Assembly: GCA_038087875.1 (NCBI GenBank)
Contig: CM075988.1
Location: 4,154,001 to 4,218,000 of the forward strand
Direction: 5' to 3'
DNA length: 64,000 nt
Source of the DNA: Malacoraja senta
Taxonomy: Eukaryota
A program made the position numbers and the translations under genes. Below the pieces are notes generated by a model. That model was not told where the DNA came from and did no database searches. It saw only the letters and a program-made list of their open reading frames with translations. How positions within the stretch are numbered: position 1 is the first letter of the stretch; each line of letters opens with the position of its first letter. Shown here piece after piece: positions 1 through 13,364 of this stretch.

Positions 1-423
1 GTCATCCGCATGTCTCCCTAAACAAATCCTGTACTCTCAATTGAAGGAAGGTCGGCGAGCCCCCGGCGGGCCAAAGAAATACTTCAAGGACAACGTCAAG
101 AACAGTCTGAAGAAATTCCACATCCCATCGAGCAACTGGGAGCACATCGCACTGGACAGGCGCTCCTGGAGGAAATCAGTGCAGGAAGGAGCTGCACGTC
201 ACGAAATGGAACCACACCGTGTCGCAGAGACGAAGCGACAGCACCGTAAGGAGAGAGAGAAGGGGGCTCGACAACTACCAACCACCGCCAGTCTCCACTG
301 CCCACGTTGCACCAAGGTGTGCGGATTGCGGATCGGCCTCTACAGACTTCTGCAGACCCACAAGTAGACGACTCTATGGAGAGGAGACGACAGTCATACT
401 CGTTTGGAGTGACCACCGATGAG
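1..423 (+). mobile_element. RTE-clade (BovB-like) LINE, 3' end fragment
   Basis: Frame 2-367 reads LPKQILYSQLKEGRRAPGGPKKYFKD...W..IALDRRSWR...CPRCTKVCGLRIGLY..LQTH, the typical RTE ORF C-terminus with a degenerate C2H2 finger, followed by a short 3' UTR. Confidence 0.8.
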
Positions 424-641
424 CACTGTCCAACACACAAGGGAAGATTTAATTTTTTTTTCCCAAAGCCAATTAACTTACAAACCAGTATGTCTTTGGA
501 GTGTGGGAGGAAACCGGAGCGCCCGGAGAAAACCCACGCAGGTCACGGGAAGACTGTACAAGCTCCATCCATAGTCAGGATCGAACACGGGTCTCAGGTG
601 CTGTCAGGCAGCAACTCTACTGCTGCACCATTGTACTGCCC
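424..641 (-). mobile_element. HE1-like tRNA-derived SINE (V-SINE), partial
   Basis: Reverse complement carries a B-box-like GTGTTCGATCC and the body GTGGGTTTTCTCCGGGCGCTCCGGTTTTCCTCCCACACTCCAAAGAC shared by more than 20 copies in the window. Confidence 0.8.
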
Positions 642-974
642 CTGATATCAGAGGTAATGGACGTGTAGTAGATCGCAGCTGACCCTGAACTCATGTGGTC
701 TGAACACATCATACCCCTCATTCCCCAGCCCCTCACCTACTAAAATGTTGCCTTAAATACAGGAAAGCTTTCTGGCGAAAACCACTCCACTCTCTAACAA
801 GCAATTGAGAGTCTTTTGTATGATGCATTGTCTCTGCAATGGCTTCCACTAAAAATGCAACCACTAACTTTGTTGCTTTCCAACAGAATGAATCTTTTGG
901 GCTGCATCAAATCACATTTGTGTGGGATGTGGTAAATGTACCTATCAAAGCAAAGGAGCATTACAGATTCATCA

Positions 975-1128
975 GCTCCATTCTCCCCATATCTTTCATT
1001 CATCTGTTCTATATCTCTCTACATCACTGTCTATATCTCTCGATTCCCTTCCTCCTGACTCTCAGTCTGAAAAAGGGTCTCGACCCGAAACGTCACCTAT
1101 TCCTTTTCTCCAGCGATGCTGTGTGGAC
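975..1128 (+). mobile_element. Penelope-like element 3' UTR/pLTR fragment with hammerhead-like motif
   Basis: Matches the UTR downstream of the GIY-YIG ORF at 57562-58002; motif ctgaaaaagggtctcgacccgaaacgtcacc at 1067. Confidence 0.75.
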
Positions 1129-1511
1129 CGCTGATGTGGAAGGAAACCGGAGCACCCGAAGACAACATCGCAGGTCACAGGGAGAACATGCAAACTCCGC
1201 ACAGATGACACCAACAATTGACCATTGTGGGCTCCACCTTTCCTTGATCATCGTTCCTGGCTTTGATTTGTCTTTTTGCAAACCTCTCATTCATTTGTCA
1301 AGTCAAGTCAAGTTTATTCGTCACATACACATACGAGATGTGCAGTGAAATGAAAAGTGGCAATGCTCGCGGTCTTTGTGCAAAAACCAAACGAACAAGC
1401 AACAAACTACAAACAGAATGGAACAGAATCACATATTCTTTTACATATTACATATTGTGGGAGGAAGGAAAAAGGAAAAAGGAAAAAAACAGCAATTAAA
1501 AAAAAAAAGTT

Positions 1512-1700
1512 TTCCTCTTCCCTGACTCAGTCTGAAGAAGGGTCTCGACCCAAAACGTTACCTATTCCGTTTCTCCAGAGATGCTGCCTGACCTGCTGAG
1601 TTACTCCAGCATTTTGTGTCTATCTATGTAAACCAGCATCTGCAGTTCCTTGGAGAGAAGGAATGGGTGACGTTTCGGGTCAAGACCCTCTTTAGACTGG
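1512..1700. mobile_element. Penelope-derived short units in opposite orientations
   Basis: ctgaagaagggtctcgaccc...ccagcatctgcagttcct on +, directly followed by the reverse-complement unit ggagagaaggaatgggtgacgtttcgggtc. Confidence 0.75.
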
Positions 1701-2034
1701 ACCCAGACTCCTACAAATCCACAAGAAAGGCAAGTGTAAAGGTGAGTAGATCTGGACGAGGGTATTGAGACCGTGGGCCAAAGCAAAGTGGCAGTACATG
1801 GTGCAAATGAATCACCAGGGGGAATCATTGAGCACCAGAGGGCATTTTGCCCCACTGTCCAGTAAATGATAACCTCTTAAATAGTGACAATAAAGCAAAA
1901 AGTAACTTAAAAAGTCATCACCCAGATAAAGCAAAATCACAGGAGTTTGCTGCATGTCCCGCTGAGTTACTCCAGCTTTTGTGCCTATCTTCAGTATAAA
2001 CCAGCATCTGCAGTTCCTTCCTGTACAAAGTGGA

Positions 2035-2299
2035 GTTTAGTTTAGAAATACAGTGCGGAAACAGGCCCTTCGGCCCGCCGAGTCGGCACTGGCCAGTGAT
2101 CCTGGCACATTAACACTGCCCTACACACACTAGGGACAATGTTACATTTATAACCAAGCTAATTAACCTACAAACCTGTATGGAAACCGAAGATCTCAGA
2201 GAAAACCCACGCGACGTACAAACTCCATACAGACAGCACCTGTAGTCAGGATCGAACCCAGGTCTCTGTCAGTAGCTCTACCGCTGCGCCACCGTGCCA
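2035..2299 (-). mobile_element. HE1-like SINE
   Basis: A box (TGGCGCAGCGG), B box (GGTTCGATCC), CR1-derived tail GGGCCGAAGGGCCTGTTTCC and (TAAAC)n end on the minus strand. Confidence 0.85.
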
Positions 2300-3486
2300 C
2301 TCCAGTAACCCGAGCAAAATATCTCAAGCAGAACATCTCATCATTCATCCGGCTTGCAGTTGGAGAGACTTGCGCCGTAAAATACATCTCTATTTCTTGA
2401 CTTTGTAAAGTCAGTGAATATGGTTCAAACAATTTAATGAATTCATTGCGTGTTGCAGATTTGCTGAGCATGTGATGTGGCATTTTTTTTAATACATTTT
2501 TCTTCTCCAGCACATTGGTTAATGCTGCTGTGGCGTTTTGATATAAATCAGTTCAGAAACGTGCACTCAAGTGAACTGTTAAGTCAAACGCAATTATATT
2601 TAATCATTGCACAGTCTTCAAATCTCAAATCAATTTTGATGAGTACATTTTAATGAGTTCTGAAATTAATTCACGAAAAAAAAATGGAATTAAGGTGCCA
2701 TAAATTGTTACATTGCCATCAAAACTTTATAAAGAATGTTATTTAGAATTCAGGGGTGTGTTCATGAGCAGAATAACATTAGAACGTGTCTGATAAGAAC
2801 AAAAACTAAAGTATTCTGGGAGTCATTCACTCCAACATTGTGAGCTGATCGTTAGTAGTGTACACAGCCAGGGTAATGATGAACCTTCTGATGTAGTGCT
2901 GTCTCACTGAAATGAGGATTAAATGTTAACTCACCACGTTATTGACCGATACATCTGCAAATATCTCCTTAAAGTATCAATCACATCCATGCGAGAAAGA
3001 TCACCAACACTTGGCAAAGCCAGGGCCCTGACAAAGGAGGCTATTGACGCGTGGAACAGGTACACAAGAGCGATTTACAAGTGTGTGGGAAGGAACTGCA
3101 GATGCTGGTTTAAACCAAAGATAGATGCAAAAAGCTGGAGTAACTCAGCGGGTCAGACAGCATCTCTGATGAAAAGGATAGAGGTGGCGTTTCGGGTCGA
3201 GACCCTTCTGCAGAAGAAACGTCACCTATTCCTTTTCTCCAGCGATATACAAGGTTGATTAGATTGTGGCCGATCTATGTGGCCTCTGTACCCACCCACT
3301 GTTCTCCTTATCCGTCAGTGCCCTCATCTAACAATAATTTAATCTCAGATGAAGAAAAACACAAAGTGCTGGTGTAACTCAGCGGGACAGACAGCATCCC
3401 TGGAGAACATGGATTGGTGACGTTTCAGGTCTGGACCCTTCTCATCACCTATTCATGTTCTCCTGACCCATTGAGATACTCCAGTA

Positions 3487-3934
3487 GTTTAATTTAGTTT
3501 AGAGGTACAGCAGGGAAACAGGCCCTTCGGCCCACTGCGCCGTCTGCGCCATCAAGTGATCCCGGACATTGACACTGCCCTGGGGTGGGAGATTGCAACT
3601 TTCACGTGGTCTGCCCTGTTTCAACGAATGCAATCAACCTGGCGTGCACAATCAAATAAGATCAAATAAAACAAGTTGTCCTACAACTTTAGGCTGCGCA
3701 CGCCATACGCAAGAAGAAGAACAGGAAGAAGAGGAAGACACTACCCTACACACACTAGGGACAATTTAACTTTTATACCAAGCCAATTAACCTGCATACC
3801 TATACTTCTTTGGAGTGTGGGATCTCTGAGAAAACCCACGTAGGTCATGGGGAGAACTTTCAAACTCTGTACAGACCGCACCCCTAGTCAGGATCAAACC
3901 CGGGTCTCTGGCGCTGTAAGGCAGAAACTCTACC
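3487..3934 (-). mobile_element. HE1-like SINE interrupted by a short retroposed insertion
   Basis: The SINE halves are colinear across the 3582-3736 insert. Confidence 0.8.
3582..3736 (+). mobile_element. 5'-truncated non-LTR retroelement 3' end with (GAA)n tail (possibly Vingi/Ingi-like)
   Basis: Flanked by gacactgccct (3571-3581) and gacactaccct (3737-3747); ends ...gccatacgcaagaagaagaa. Confidence 0.55.
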
Positions 3935-5216
3935 AGTACTTTGTGTCATATTTTGTTAACCAGCATCTGAAGTTCATTGTGTCTCCAACAATTAAATTTC
4001 AGAGTGGAACCCCCCCCCATCCCTCACCAACACTTGGCTTGGAAATCCTAAATTTCCATGACTCATTGGACAAAAATAAGTGTCTTAATTTTGTTTAGCT
4101 TCTGAATAGTCTAGCACTGGTTGAAAATGAGATCCCCTTGTCCTAGATTCCCCCACGAGAGGAACAATCTGTCTGTATCTCTCCTAAGCAATCCATTTAT
4201 CACAGAAAATACCTGGATTATTCATTCCAAACCTACCTAAACTCCAGGGAGTGCCAACTGCGTAAACCAGGCTGGTTCCCATCAACTAATGCTCCAGGAT
4301 TGGCTGGCAAAGCAACTGTACAAGTGGCATTCGGCCAGTGAGAAACCCGAAGAAAATTAGATCGCAAAATGGATATTGTGGGAGGAAATGGAATAGCAAT
4401 GTTAAAGAACGTCTCCAAAGATTTGCTCAAGAATTCAATTCACCTCACGTCGTAGCGTGTCACCTAATGTTCTCTGCACTTTGCTTCATTGAAAGATTAT
4501 TAGAAGAATGAGGTAAGAGGGAGCAAGTTTTCTTCATTGTGCTATCCAAAATCACTCGAGGGGTTATGACACAAGGCAGCTCAGACAAAAAGGGTAGAGA
4601 GAATTCTTTGTACTTCTGAATCATTGAAAATAAACATGTCCCATGCATTATAGATTTGATTAAAATTCAAAATTGTCGCTAATATATCTACTATTTTATA
4701 ATGCTATGGTTTTTACTTTTTTTATTCCCAAGATGCCATACCTCAAATCGGTTTTATAGAACATTGCTGAAGATTTGATTAAAATTTGTATGGATTGTGA
4801 TGAGACAGTTATAAATATTTCATTACGAGGTCTTGGACTAATTCAAAATGACATGTAAAATAGTGTGGAATCCTTTGGAGTAGCAAGTTTTAGCCCAAGG
4901 CTAGGCAAGAATGCTGTGGGATGAGACATTGAGAACCTGAGAGAAGCAGATTGCAGGGATTAGTGGATTAGAGGCAGGGATTAGTGGATTAGAGGCAGTA
5001 TTATTGCTGGGGGAAGAGAGCAGCTGTTGGAGATCTTGCAACCCTGATCCGGTCACTCAGCCACTGATCTGCCTCATCCCTTTTCATCACCACTAACACA
5101 GCCAGGATCGGACAGAAAGCCCACGGTAAACCCTTCGCAATAGTCATCATTAACTGAGCTGCATCTCACAGCCCCAACTTGCCTCTCCACCTTCGCCCAC
5201 CATTTGCTCTGATGTA

Positions 5217-6075
<859 letters not shown>

Positions 6076-6574
6076 TATATACTGTGCATACAACCTCCCT
6101 GGTTGTTTGAATACCTTTGGATTTTAATATTGCTCAGTCGGCCAGTGTTTAGTTATTCAGTCATTATACTTGTGTGTGTGTGCATGCATGGGCCTCTATA
6201 TCCCCACACCTCGATGTGCCATCATTTCTCCCACTGCCCTGTTGCTCTCTCCACCACCACCATCCCCCACCGTTGCCTTCCAACTGTATCCCATCCCCTC
6301 TGGTCTCTACATTGCTGACCAGCAGATAGAGTTTGGCACTCGTGGAATCCCATTATGACAGCTGCTGAAATCAAATTCAAGTATTTAAGAAAAACATAGA
6401 AACATAGAAAATAGGTGCAGGGGTAGGCCATTCGGCCTTTTGAGCCAACACCGCCATTCAATATGGTCATGGCTGATCTTCCAAAATCAGTACCCCGTTC
6501 CTGCTTCTCCCCATATCCCTTGATTCCGTAATAATCTAAACTAAAGTAATCTAAAGCTAAATAAGAAGTGTTCT

Positions 6575-7420
6575 TTCTACTCTTTCTCCAGTCCCTTCAG
6601 GGACCTCATTCAGGGACCCCAAGGGTCTTTCCAAGCAGGGCAGTGATTCACTTACACTTCTTCCAACTCGGTGTACAGCAGTCCATTGTGGTCCACTCTC
6701 CACTGGGGAACCTACAGAGTGGCTGATCTCTCTGCTCAGCACGGGACTGACCCTGGCCTTCTGGTTATAGACACAAAAAGCTGGAGTAACTCAGCGGGAC
6801 AAGCGGCATCTCTGCAGAGAAGGAGACCCTTCTTTAGACTGGTTAGGGAACTACTTCCCTAACCACTTCCCAAACCAGACTGAAGTTGGGTCTCGACCCG
6901 AAAAGTCACCTGTTCCTTCTCTCCAGAGAAGCTGCCTGTCCCACTGAGTTACTTCAGCATTTCGTGCCTATCTTTGGTTTAAACCAGCATCTGCAGTTCC
7001 GTCCGACACATTTTGTCAGACCTTCTGGTTACCTGACACTGCAGTTCTCCTACCCATTCCAGGCAATGGATCATTATGGGCTGCACCTTTCCTTGAACAT
7101 CGCAGCTGTGATTTGTTCTTTTGTACCACTCATCTCACTGTCCTGTGTATCTTTGCATATCTCTCATTTCCCTCTCCCCTGACTCTCAGTCTGAAGAAGG
7201 CTCTAGACCCGAAACATCACCTATTTCTTTTCACCAGAGATGCTGCCTGAGCCGCTGAGTTACTCCAGCTTTTTTGTGTCTATTTCTGGGCTTCTGTATC
7301 TGCCTTTCTGCAGTTTCACCATGAGGCCCAGTACAAACATAAACAACACCACCTCATCTCCCCCGTGTACACTTCAGAATCCTTCAGAACGCAATGTTGA
7401 ATTTTCCAACTTTAAGTAAC
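6575..7420 (+). mobile_element. Degraded Penelope GIY-YIG remnant carrying younger Penelope-derived insertions
   Basis: Pieces at about 6610-6745 and 7290-7420 resemble GPKQSFQV..FTCTSSNLVY and HLI...LQ...NVEFSNFK*, matching the ORF at 57562-58002; an inverted unit pair lies at 6768-7010. Confidence 0.6.
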
Positions 7421-7459
7421 ACACTCTCTGTCAGTCTGTTTTAGAACTGGTCATTCTTA

Positions 7460-7774
7460 GGTCGGCGCGGTAGCACATTGGTAGAGCTACTGCCTTATAG
7501 CGCCAGAGGCCTGGGTTCGATCCTGACTAAGGGTGCTGTCTGTGCGGAGTTTCTACGTTCTCCCCGTGATCTGCGTGGGTTTTCTCCGAGATCTTCGGTT
7601 TCCTCCCACACTCCAAAGAAGTACAGGTTTGTTGGTTCATTGGCATCGTATAAGTGTAAATTGTCCTAAGTGTGTGTAGGATAGTGTTAATGTGTGGGGA
7701 TCGCTGGTCGACGTGGGCCTGCTGGTACGAAGGGCCTGTCTGTTTCCTCGCTGGGTCTCTAAACTAAACTAAAC
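7460..7774 (+). mobile_element. HE1-like SINE, full length
   Basis: tRNA-like head with GGTTCGATCC, shared body and (TAAAC)n tail. Confidence 0.85.
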
Positions 7775-8087
7775 TTGTCATTCCAGTTCATGCCAGTCCA
7801 GTTGCAAGAGCACCTTCTTCCTAACTACCACCGGACTATTGAACACTACCAACACCAACTAAAACTTCCAACTCCCCTGATTGTACTCGGGACCTGGGGG
7901 GCATTGCTTTCGTCTTTGCACTACATTGTTTGATTTTACATTTTGAACTTATTTTTGCTCTTTATTATGGTGTCTACTGAATACTGTGTTTACCCACCTG
8001 TTGTGCTGCTGCAAGTAAGAATGTCATTGTTCGGTTTGGGACATATGACAATAAAACACTCTTGACTTGATTCATCATTATCTCACT

Positions 8088-8495
8088 TTATTTTAGAGAT
8101 ACAGCACGGAAACAGGCCCTTCGGCCCACCGACCAGCGATCCCTTTACACTGAGGTCATAAATGATAGAAGCGGAATTAGGCCATTCGGCCCATCAAGTC
8201 TATTTCACCATTTAATCATGGCTGATCTATCTCTCCCTCCCAGCCCCATTCTCCTGCCTTCTCCCCATAACCCTTGACACTAGCACTATCCAACACACTG
8301 GGGATAATTCACAATTTTGAAGCCAATGAATTACCCACAAACATATAGGTCTTTGAAGTGTGGGAGGAAACCGGAGCACCCGGGGAAAACCTACGCGGTC
8401 AAGGGGAGAACATACAAACTCCATTCAGACAGCACCCGTAGTCAGGATCGAACCCGGTCTCTGGCGCTGTAATTAAAGCAGCGACTTTACCGCGC
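8088..8495 (-). mobile_element. HE1-like SINE with an internal CR1 3'-tail fragment (about 8153-8280)
   Basis: SINE body and B box on the minus strand; the inserted aggccattcggcccatcaagtc...gctgatct is a CR1 3' UTR motif. Confidence 0.75.
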
Positions 8496-9275
8496 TCATT
8501 GTATTATTTGTGCACTAGTATTGGATTAAAAAAAAGTTTATTGTCGTTTTTTGTTTGATTGTTATGTTATCTATGAGTACTGTCTTTACACACCTTGCTG
8601 CAAGTAATAACTTCAATGTTCCGTTTTGAATACATATGACAAACACTGTCGACTTTAGACAGTGAGAGCATTTAGCCACGCTCCTATTAAGAGTCAGCGG
8701 TATTAGTTTGAGGAGAAGGTGAGCTGCGACATCCAAAGACCGCCGCTGGAAAGTGCAACACCAGCCCCGTCTACTGAGCCCAAAGCACGGTCGGTGGCGA
8801 TTCCTTCCACGAACAACCGCTTGATCTTAGACGGAAAACGCTGGAGTAACTCAGCGGGACAGGCAGCATCTCTGGAGAGAAGGAATGGGTGATGTTTCGA
8901 GTCGAATCGCTGAGTTGCTCCAGCAAATTGTGTCTATCTTCGGTGTAAACCAGCATTTGCAGTTCCTTCCTACACACAGCCCTGATCTTGCTCGCTTATG
9001 GGTAGCAAATCCTTGCACTGGAAGCAGGCAGTGCCGGTGAGGTGCATTGGTATGCGAGAGAGCTTGGCGTTCACTCCAGACAGAGACGAGTTAATGCTGG
9101 AAGCGCCGTTGCTTGGAGGCGAGCGCTGCTGGCTCTCTCTGCCGGCGCTGCCCGCTGGCCTGTGGGAGCTGTGGCCGGGACTACAGTGGGCAGGCTTGGC
9201 TGTGTGGGGCTGGTGGGGAAACTGGCAGCGTGTCTCCATTTCCAGCCCAATACAGCCTAGTCCTGCCTCGCTCAC

Positions 9276-9745
9276 CCCAGCCCAGCCCAGCCCAGCCCAT
9301 CCCAGCTCACCACAACACATCCCAGCCCAGCGCAGCCCAGCCCAACTCACCATAACACAGGTACACAAAAATGCTGGAGAAACTCAGCGGGTGCAGCAGC
9401 ATCTATTCCTCACCATAACACATCCCAGCCCAGCCCAGCCCAGCTCACCACAACAGATCCCAGCCCAGCCCAGCCCAGCCCAGCTCACCATAACACATCC
9501 CAGCCCAGCCCAGCTCACCACAACACATCCCAGCCCAGCCCAGCCCAGCCCAGCTCACCATAACACATCCCAGCCCAGCCCAGCTCACCATAACACATCC
9601 CAGCCCAGCCCACCCCAGCCCACCCCAGCTCACCATAACACATCCCACCCCAGCTCACCATAACACATCCCAGCCCAGCCCAGCCCAGCTCACCACAACA
9701 CATCCCAGCCCAGCCCAGCCCAGCTCACCATAACACATCCCATCC
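9276..9745. repeat. Composite minisatellite CTCACCATAACACAT+(CCCAG)3-5, i.e. GAGCT(GGGCT)n on the minus strand
   Basis: About 12 units seen directly; a short Penelope fragment is inserted at about 9360-9408. Confidence 0.9.
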
Positions 9746-10019
9746 CACTCGACCCCAGTCCAGCCCAACCGGGTTCCAGTTTAATCGTACTGAGACGGGG
9801 TGATTCTGCCCTCCCGCGGAGAGGGTGAGCGAAGGGGGACTCAGCCCACACACCCCCCTCCCCTACTCCTCCTCAGCCCGGGAGTACAGCCACAAATCCC
9901 CGCTACCCCGGGGACAGGTGCTAATGTTCCTCACCCATCTCATTCACTCCCGTCCCCGTGCTCCCGCTCCCGCTCCCGCTCCCGCTGTCTCTCCCCACAC
10001 ACCACCGGAGTGGCCCGTG

Positions 10020-10400
10020 CTGTTTATACTGGGTACGGTCTGTGTACACTGGGTGTAACTTGTGCATCTGACTGTGTGCAGCGGACTATCCAGTTGTGTA
10101 CAAGACATGATCTGTGTACCTGACTGTACACTGGGCATCTGTGTGTACACACTGGGCAGTGTGTGTACTGGTCTGTGCAGTGGATACAGTGTGTGTACCG
10201 GTCTGTACAGTCGTGGGCACAGTAAGTGTACAGGCCTGTGCGCTGGATCTGTGTACCAGTCTGTGTACCAGTGTACCAGTCTGAAGAAGGGTCTCGACCT
10301 GAAACGTCACCCATTCCTTCTCTCCAGAGATGCTGCCTGTCCCGCTGAGTTACTCCAGCATGTTGTGTCTACTCAGGTGTGTACCGGTCTGTACACCGGG
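10020..10400. repeat. Degenerate TGTACA(C)-based tandem repeat with a Penelope-derived unit at about 10281-10372
   Basis: Repeated gtctgtgtacactggg / ctgtgtacc words. Confidence 0.7.
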
Positions 10401-10582
10401 CAAGGTCCGTACACGGTGGCCACGTTAGCTGCTCCCCACTGCCACCATCTCGCCTGTTGAAGGCCGGGAGAGGAAGCTGCGCCGGGGATGAGATTCCGGC
10501 ATCAGGCACGGACTGTCCCTGTAGCCGCCGCTCGCTGCTCCACTCACGTGTCAGTGTTGCCCGTTGCAGCTCGGGCAATTAG

Positions 10583-11262
<680 letters not shown>

Positions 11263-11890
11263 CACCGCCAGGACCCGCGGCTGAGGGCTGGATCAGCTCC
11301 GACCGACAGACACCCGGTGCAGCCACAGCTACCTGCTTGCCGCGGCCCATGGATCGCACCGTCCGCCCGGCGTTTGTCGGCAGCTCTCCCCGCCACAGGG
11401 GCTGACACAGCGAGCGGGGATGCCGGAGTGACTCTGCAAGCTCGCCGCTCTCATCTCCACCGGCTGGAATCCCCTGCCTCTTACCCTGGCGTTCCCCACT
11501 TTGAATTTAGTTCCGTGGATGGAACTGCACGATTCCTGCACTGATATCGCCGGCATCAGCGCTCAGGAACTGACCGGGGCCATCCCTCTCCGGCCTGCGG
11601 TGGCTGTTCGACCTCAGCCCGCGGCAGTCCGGCTCGCCACTCTGCGCAAACTTGGCTCGCTGCTCACCAATGGGGAACTCTGGCACTCTGCATCCCACCA
11701 CCACTCTCTCTCTCCCCCTCTCTCCCCGGCGCCGCTTCAGCCGCTCGCTACCAGCGCAGAGCCCGCAGAGGAGCGAGTGTGAGCTGCCCGCCGTCGTGCA
11801 CACTCCTCGCTCACACTCGCTCGTCGATACACGCTCAGTGTACATTGAGCCAAGCCCCCCCCCCCGGGGTTCACAGATAACCGCGCACTG
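11263..11890 (-). promoter_or_regulatory. CpG-rich island with a candidate alternative first exon ending at donor AGG|GTAAGA (11485|11484)
   Basis: High GC/CpG non-repeat sequence with a strong donor on the minus strand; ATG at 11556 gives 24 codons (MPAISVQESCSSIHGTKFKVGNAR), phase 0. Confidence 0.4.
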
Positions 11891-12094
11891 TGGCAATAGT
11901 CACTCCCAGGCCAGTCACACAAACTCATATCAACTGTACACAGTCTAATAGTAACTCAGATCAGGGTGAAGAAGGGTCTCGACCAGAAACGCCACCCATT
12001 CCTTCTCTCCAGAGATGCCGCCTGTCCCGCTGCGTTACTCCAGTATCATGTATCTATCTTGGATTTAAACCAGCATCTGCAGTTCCTTCCTAGA

Positions 12095-12960
12095 AATCTG
12101 ATATACAGACCACCCAGTGTACACAGTCTGATATACTAGACCACGGACAGTGTACACAGACTGATATATATATAAACCATAGCTAATATATACAGGTTTC
12201 TATACAGACCTTTCTCCGTATACACAGACTGATGTACACACCATACCCAGTGTACACAGACTGATACACAGAACATTGCCAGTGTACACAGACATATGCA
12301 GACCATAGCTAGTATGCACATGCTTATATACAAACCTTACCCAGTACGCAAGATTAATACACAGAGCATACCCAATGTACACATACTGGTATACAAACCA
12401 TCGCCAGTATACACGGACTGATATACACATTATACGTGGTGTACACAACCCGACACACAGACTATGTCCACCGTGCACAGACTCGTATACAGGCCATACC
12501 CTGCGTACACAGGCGGCCTTACAAACCATACGCAGTGTACACAAGTTGCTGTACAACCCGTACACAGACGAATAGGTCGGCCACGGCAAGAGTGTCAGGA
12601 ACACGTCCAGACTGTACAGACTGAGATGCAGGCCATTCAGAGTGTACACTGGCGGCTGCACACACCAAATCAACGTATACAGGCTAGTAGGCAGACCAAA
12701 CCCAGTGTACACAAGCCGACGCGCAGACAATGTCCAGCGTACACGGACTGGCACACAGACCATACCCAGTGTACACCGGACTGATTCACAGACCATACAC
12801 GGTTCACACAGACGGAACCAATGACAGTGTCCACTCACACTGACTTGTACACAGACCATGTACACAGACGGGCACAGAGAGGATGCCAAGTGTGGGCAAG
12901 ACTGCACCCGGAGCACACAGACACAGGCCATGTCCAGTGACACAGGCGGACAGTCACTCT
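12095..12960. repeat. Degenerate tandem repeat of about 25-30 bp (cccagtgtacacagactgatatacagaccata-like)
   Basis: Recurring GTGTACACAGAC words; inverted relative to the 10020-10400 array. Confidence 0.75.
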
Positions 12961-13318
12961 CCACAGCCCGTCTGACCCGGTGTGAAACTTCCCCCAGACC
13001 CCCGTTTCCCCGCGGACCCCACTCTCCCGGGGTTACAGACAAACTTTTGAGCATCTGAAACCTGCTTACGACAGTGTTTGTCCAGAGAGACAACGGCGCG
13101 GGTCAGAGCCAGCACTAAACTAACACGTTCTTTCCAAAACACACACACACACACACAGTGGTTGCATTGACAGCCCGCTCCTGAGTACAAGGCGGGAGAA
13201 GAAGTCAAACGAGCCACAGAAACCATCTCTGGAAATTATAGCAGGAAAAGAAAAGAAAAAAAGACAGCGAGGAGAACGAGCAAAGATAAAGAAGGTAAAA
13301 AGCAGCCGGGGCAGTTAC

Positions 13319-13364
13319 CTTGCCCGACGAGTAGAGCCATCAGCAGTGGGACCAAGGCGCTCAT
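13319..13364 (-). CDS. First coding exon of an unidentified secreted or membrane protein gene (signal peptide MSALVPLLMALLVGQ + G, phase-1 intron)
   Basis: ccagctATGa start with purine at -3; 15 mostly hydrophobic codons; donor CAAG|GTAACT at 13319|13318; CpG-rich UTR-like sequence upstream (13365-13690). Confidence 0.6.

Noticed and set aside
4233..4430. Possible exon 2 of the minus-strand gene (donor-like TAG|GTAGG)
   Set aside because: Weak acceptor, no polypyrimidine tract and an unrecognisable peptide.
7460..7540. tRNA genes at A/B-box sites
   Set aside because: Each is the head of an HE1-like SINE continuing into the shared body and tail.
12954..13364. Immunoglobulin/TCR leader plus V exon (46-nt leader, about 90-nt intron, acceptor-like site near 13229)
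   Set aside because: The downstream frame (EMVSVARLTSSPALYSGAGCQC...) has no V-domain Cys/Trp pattern, runs through a (GT)n tract and has no RSS.
13319..13364. Assigning the symbol CHGA
   Set aside because: Only exon length, phase and the terminal GQ agree; no exon 2 or promoter hallmarks were found.
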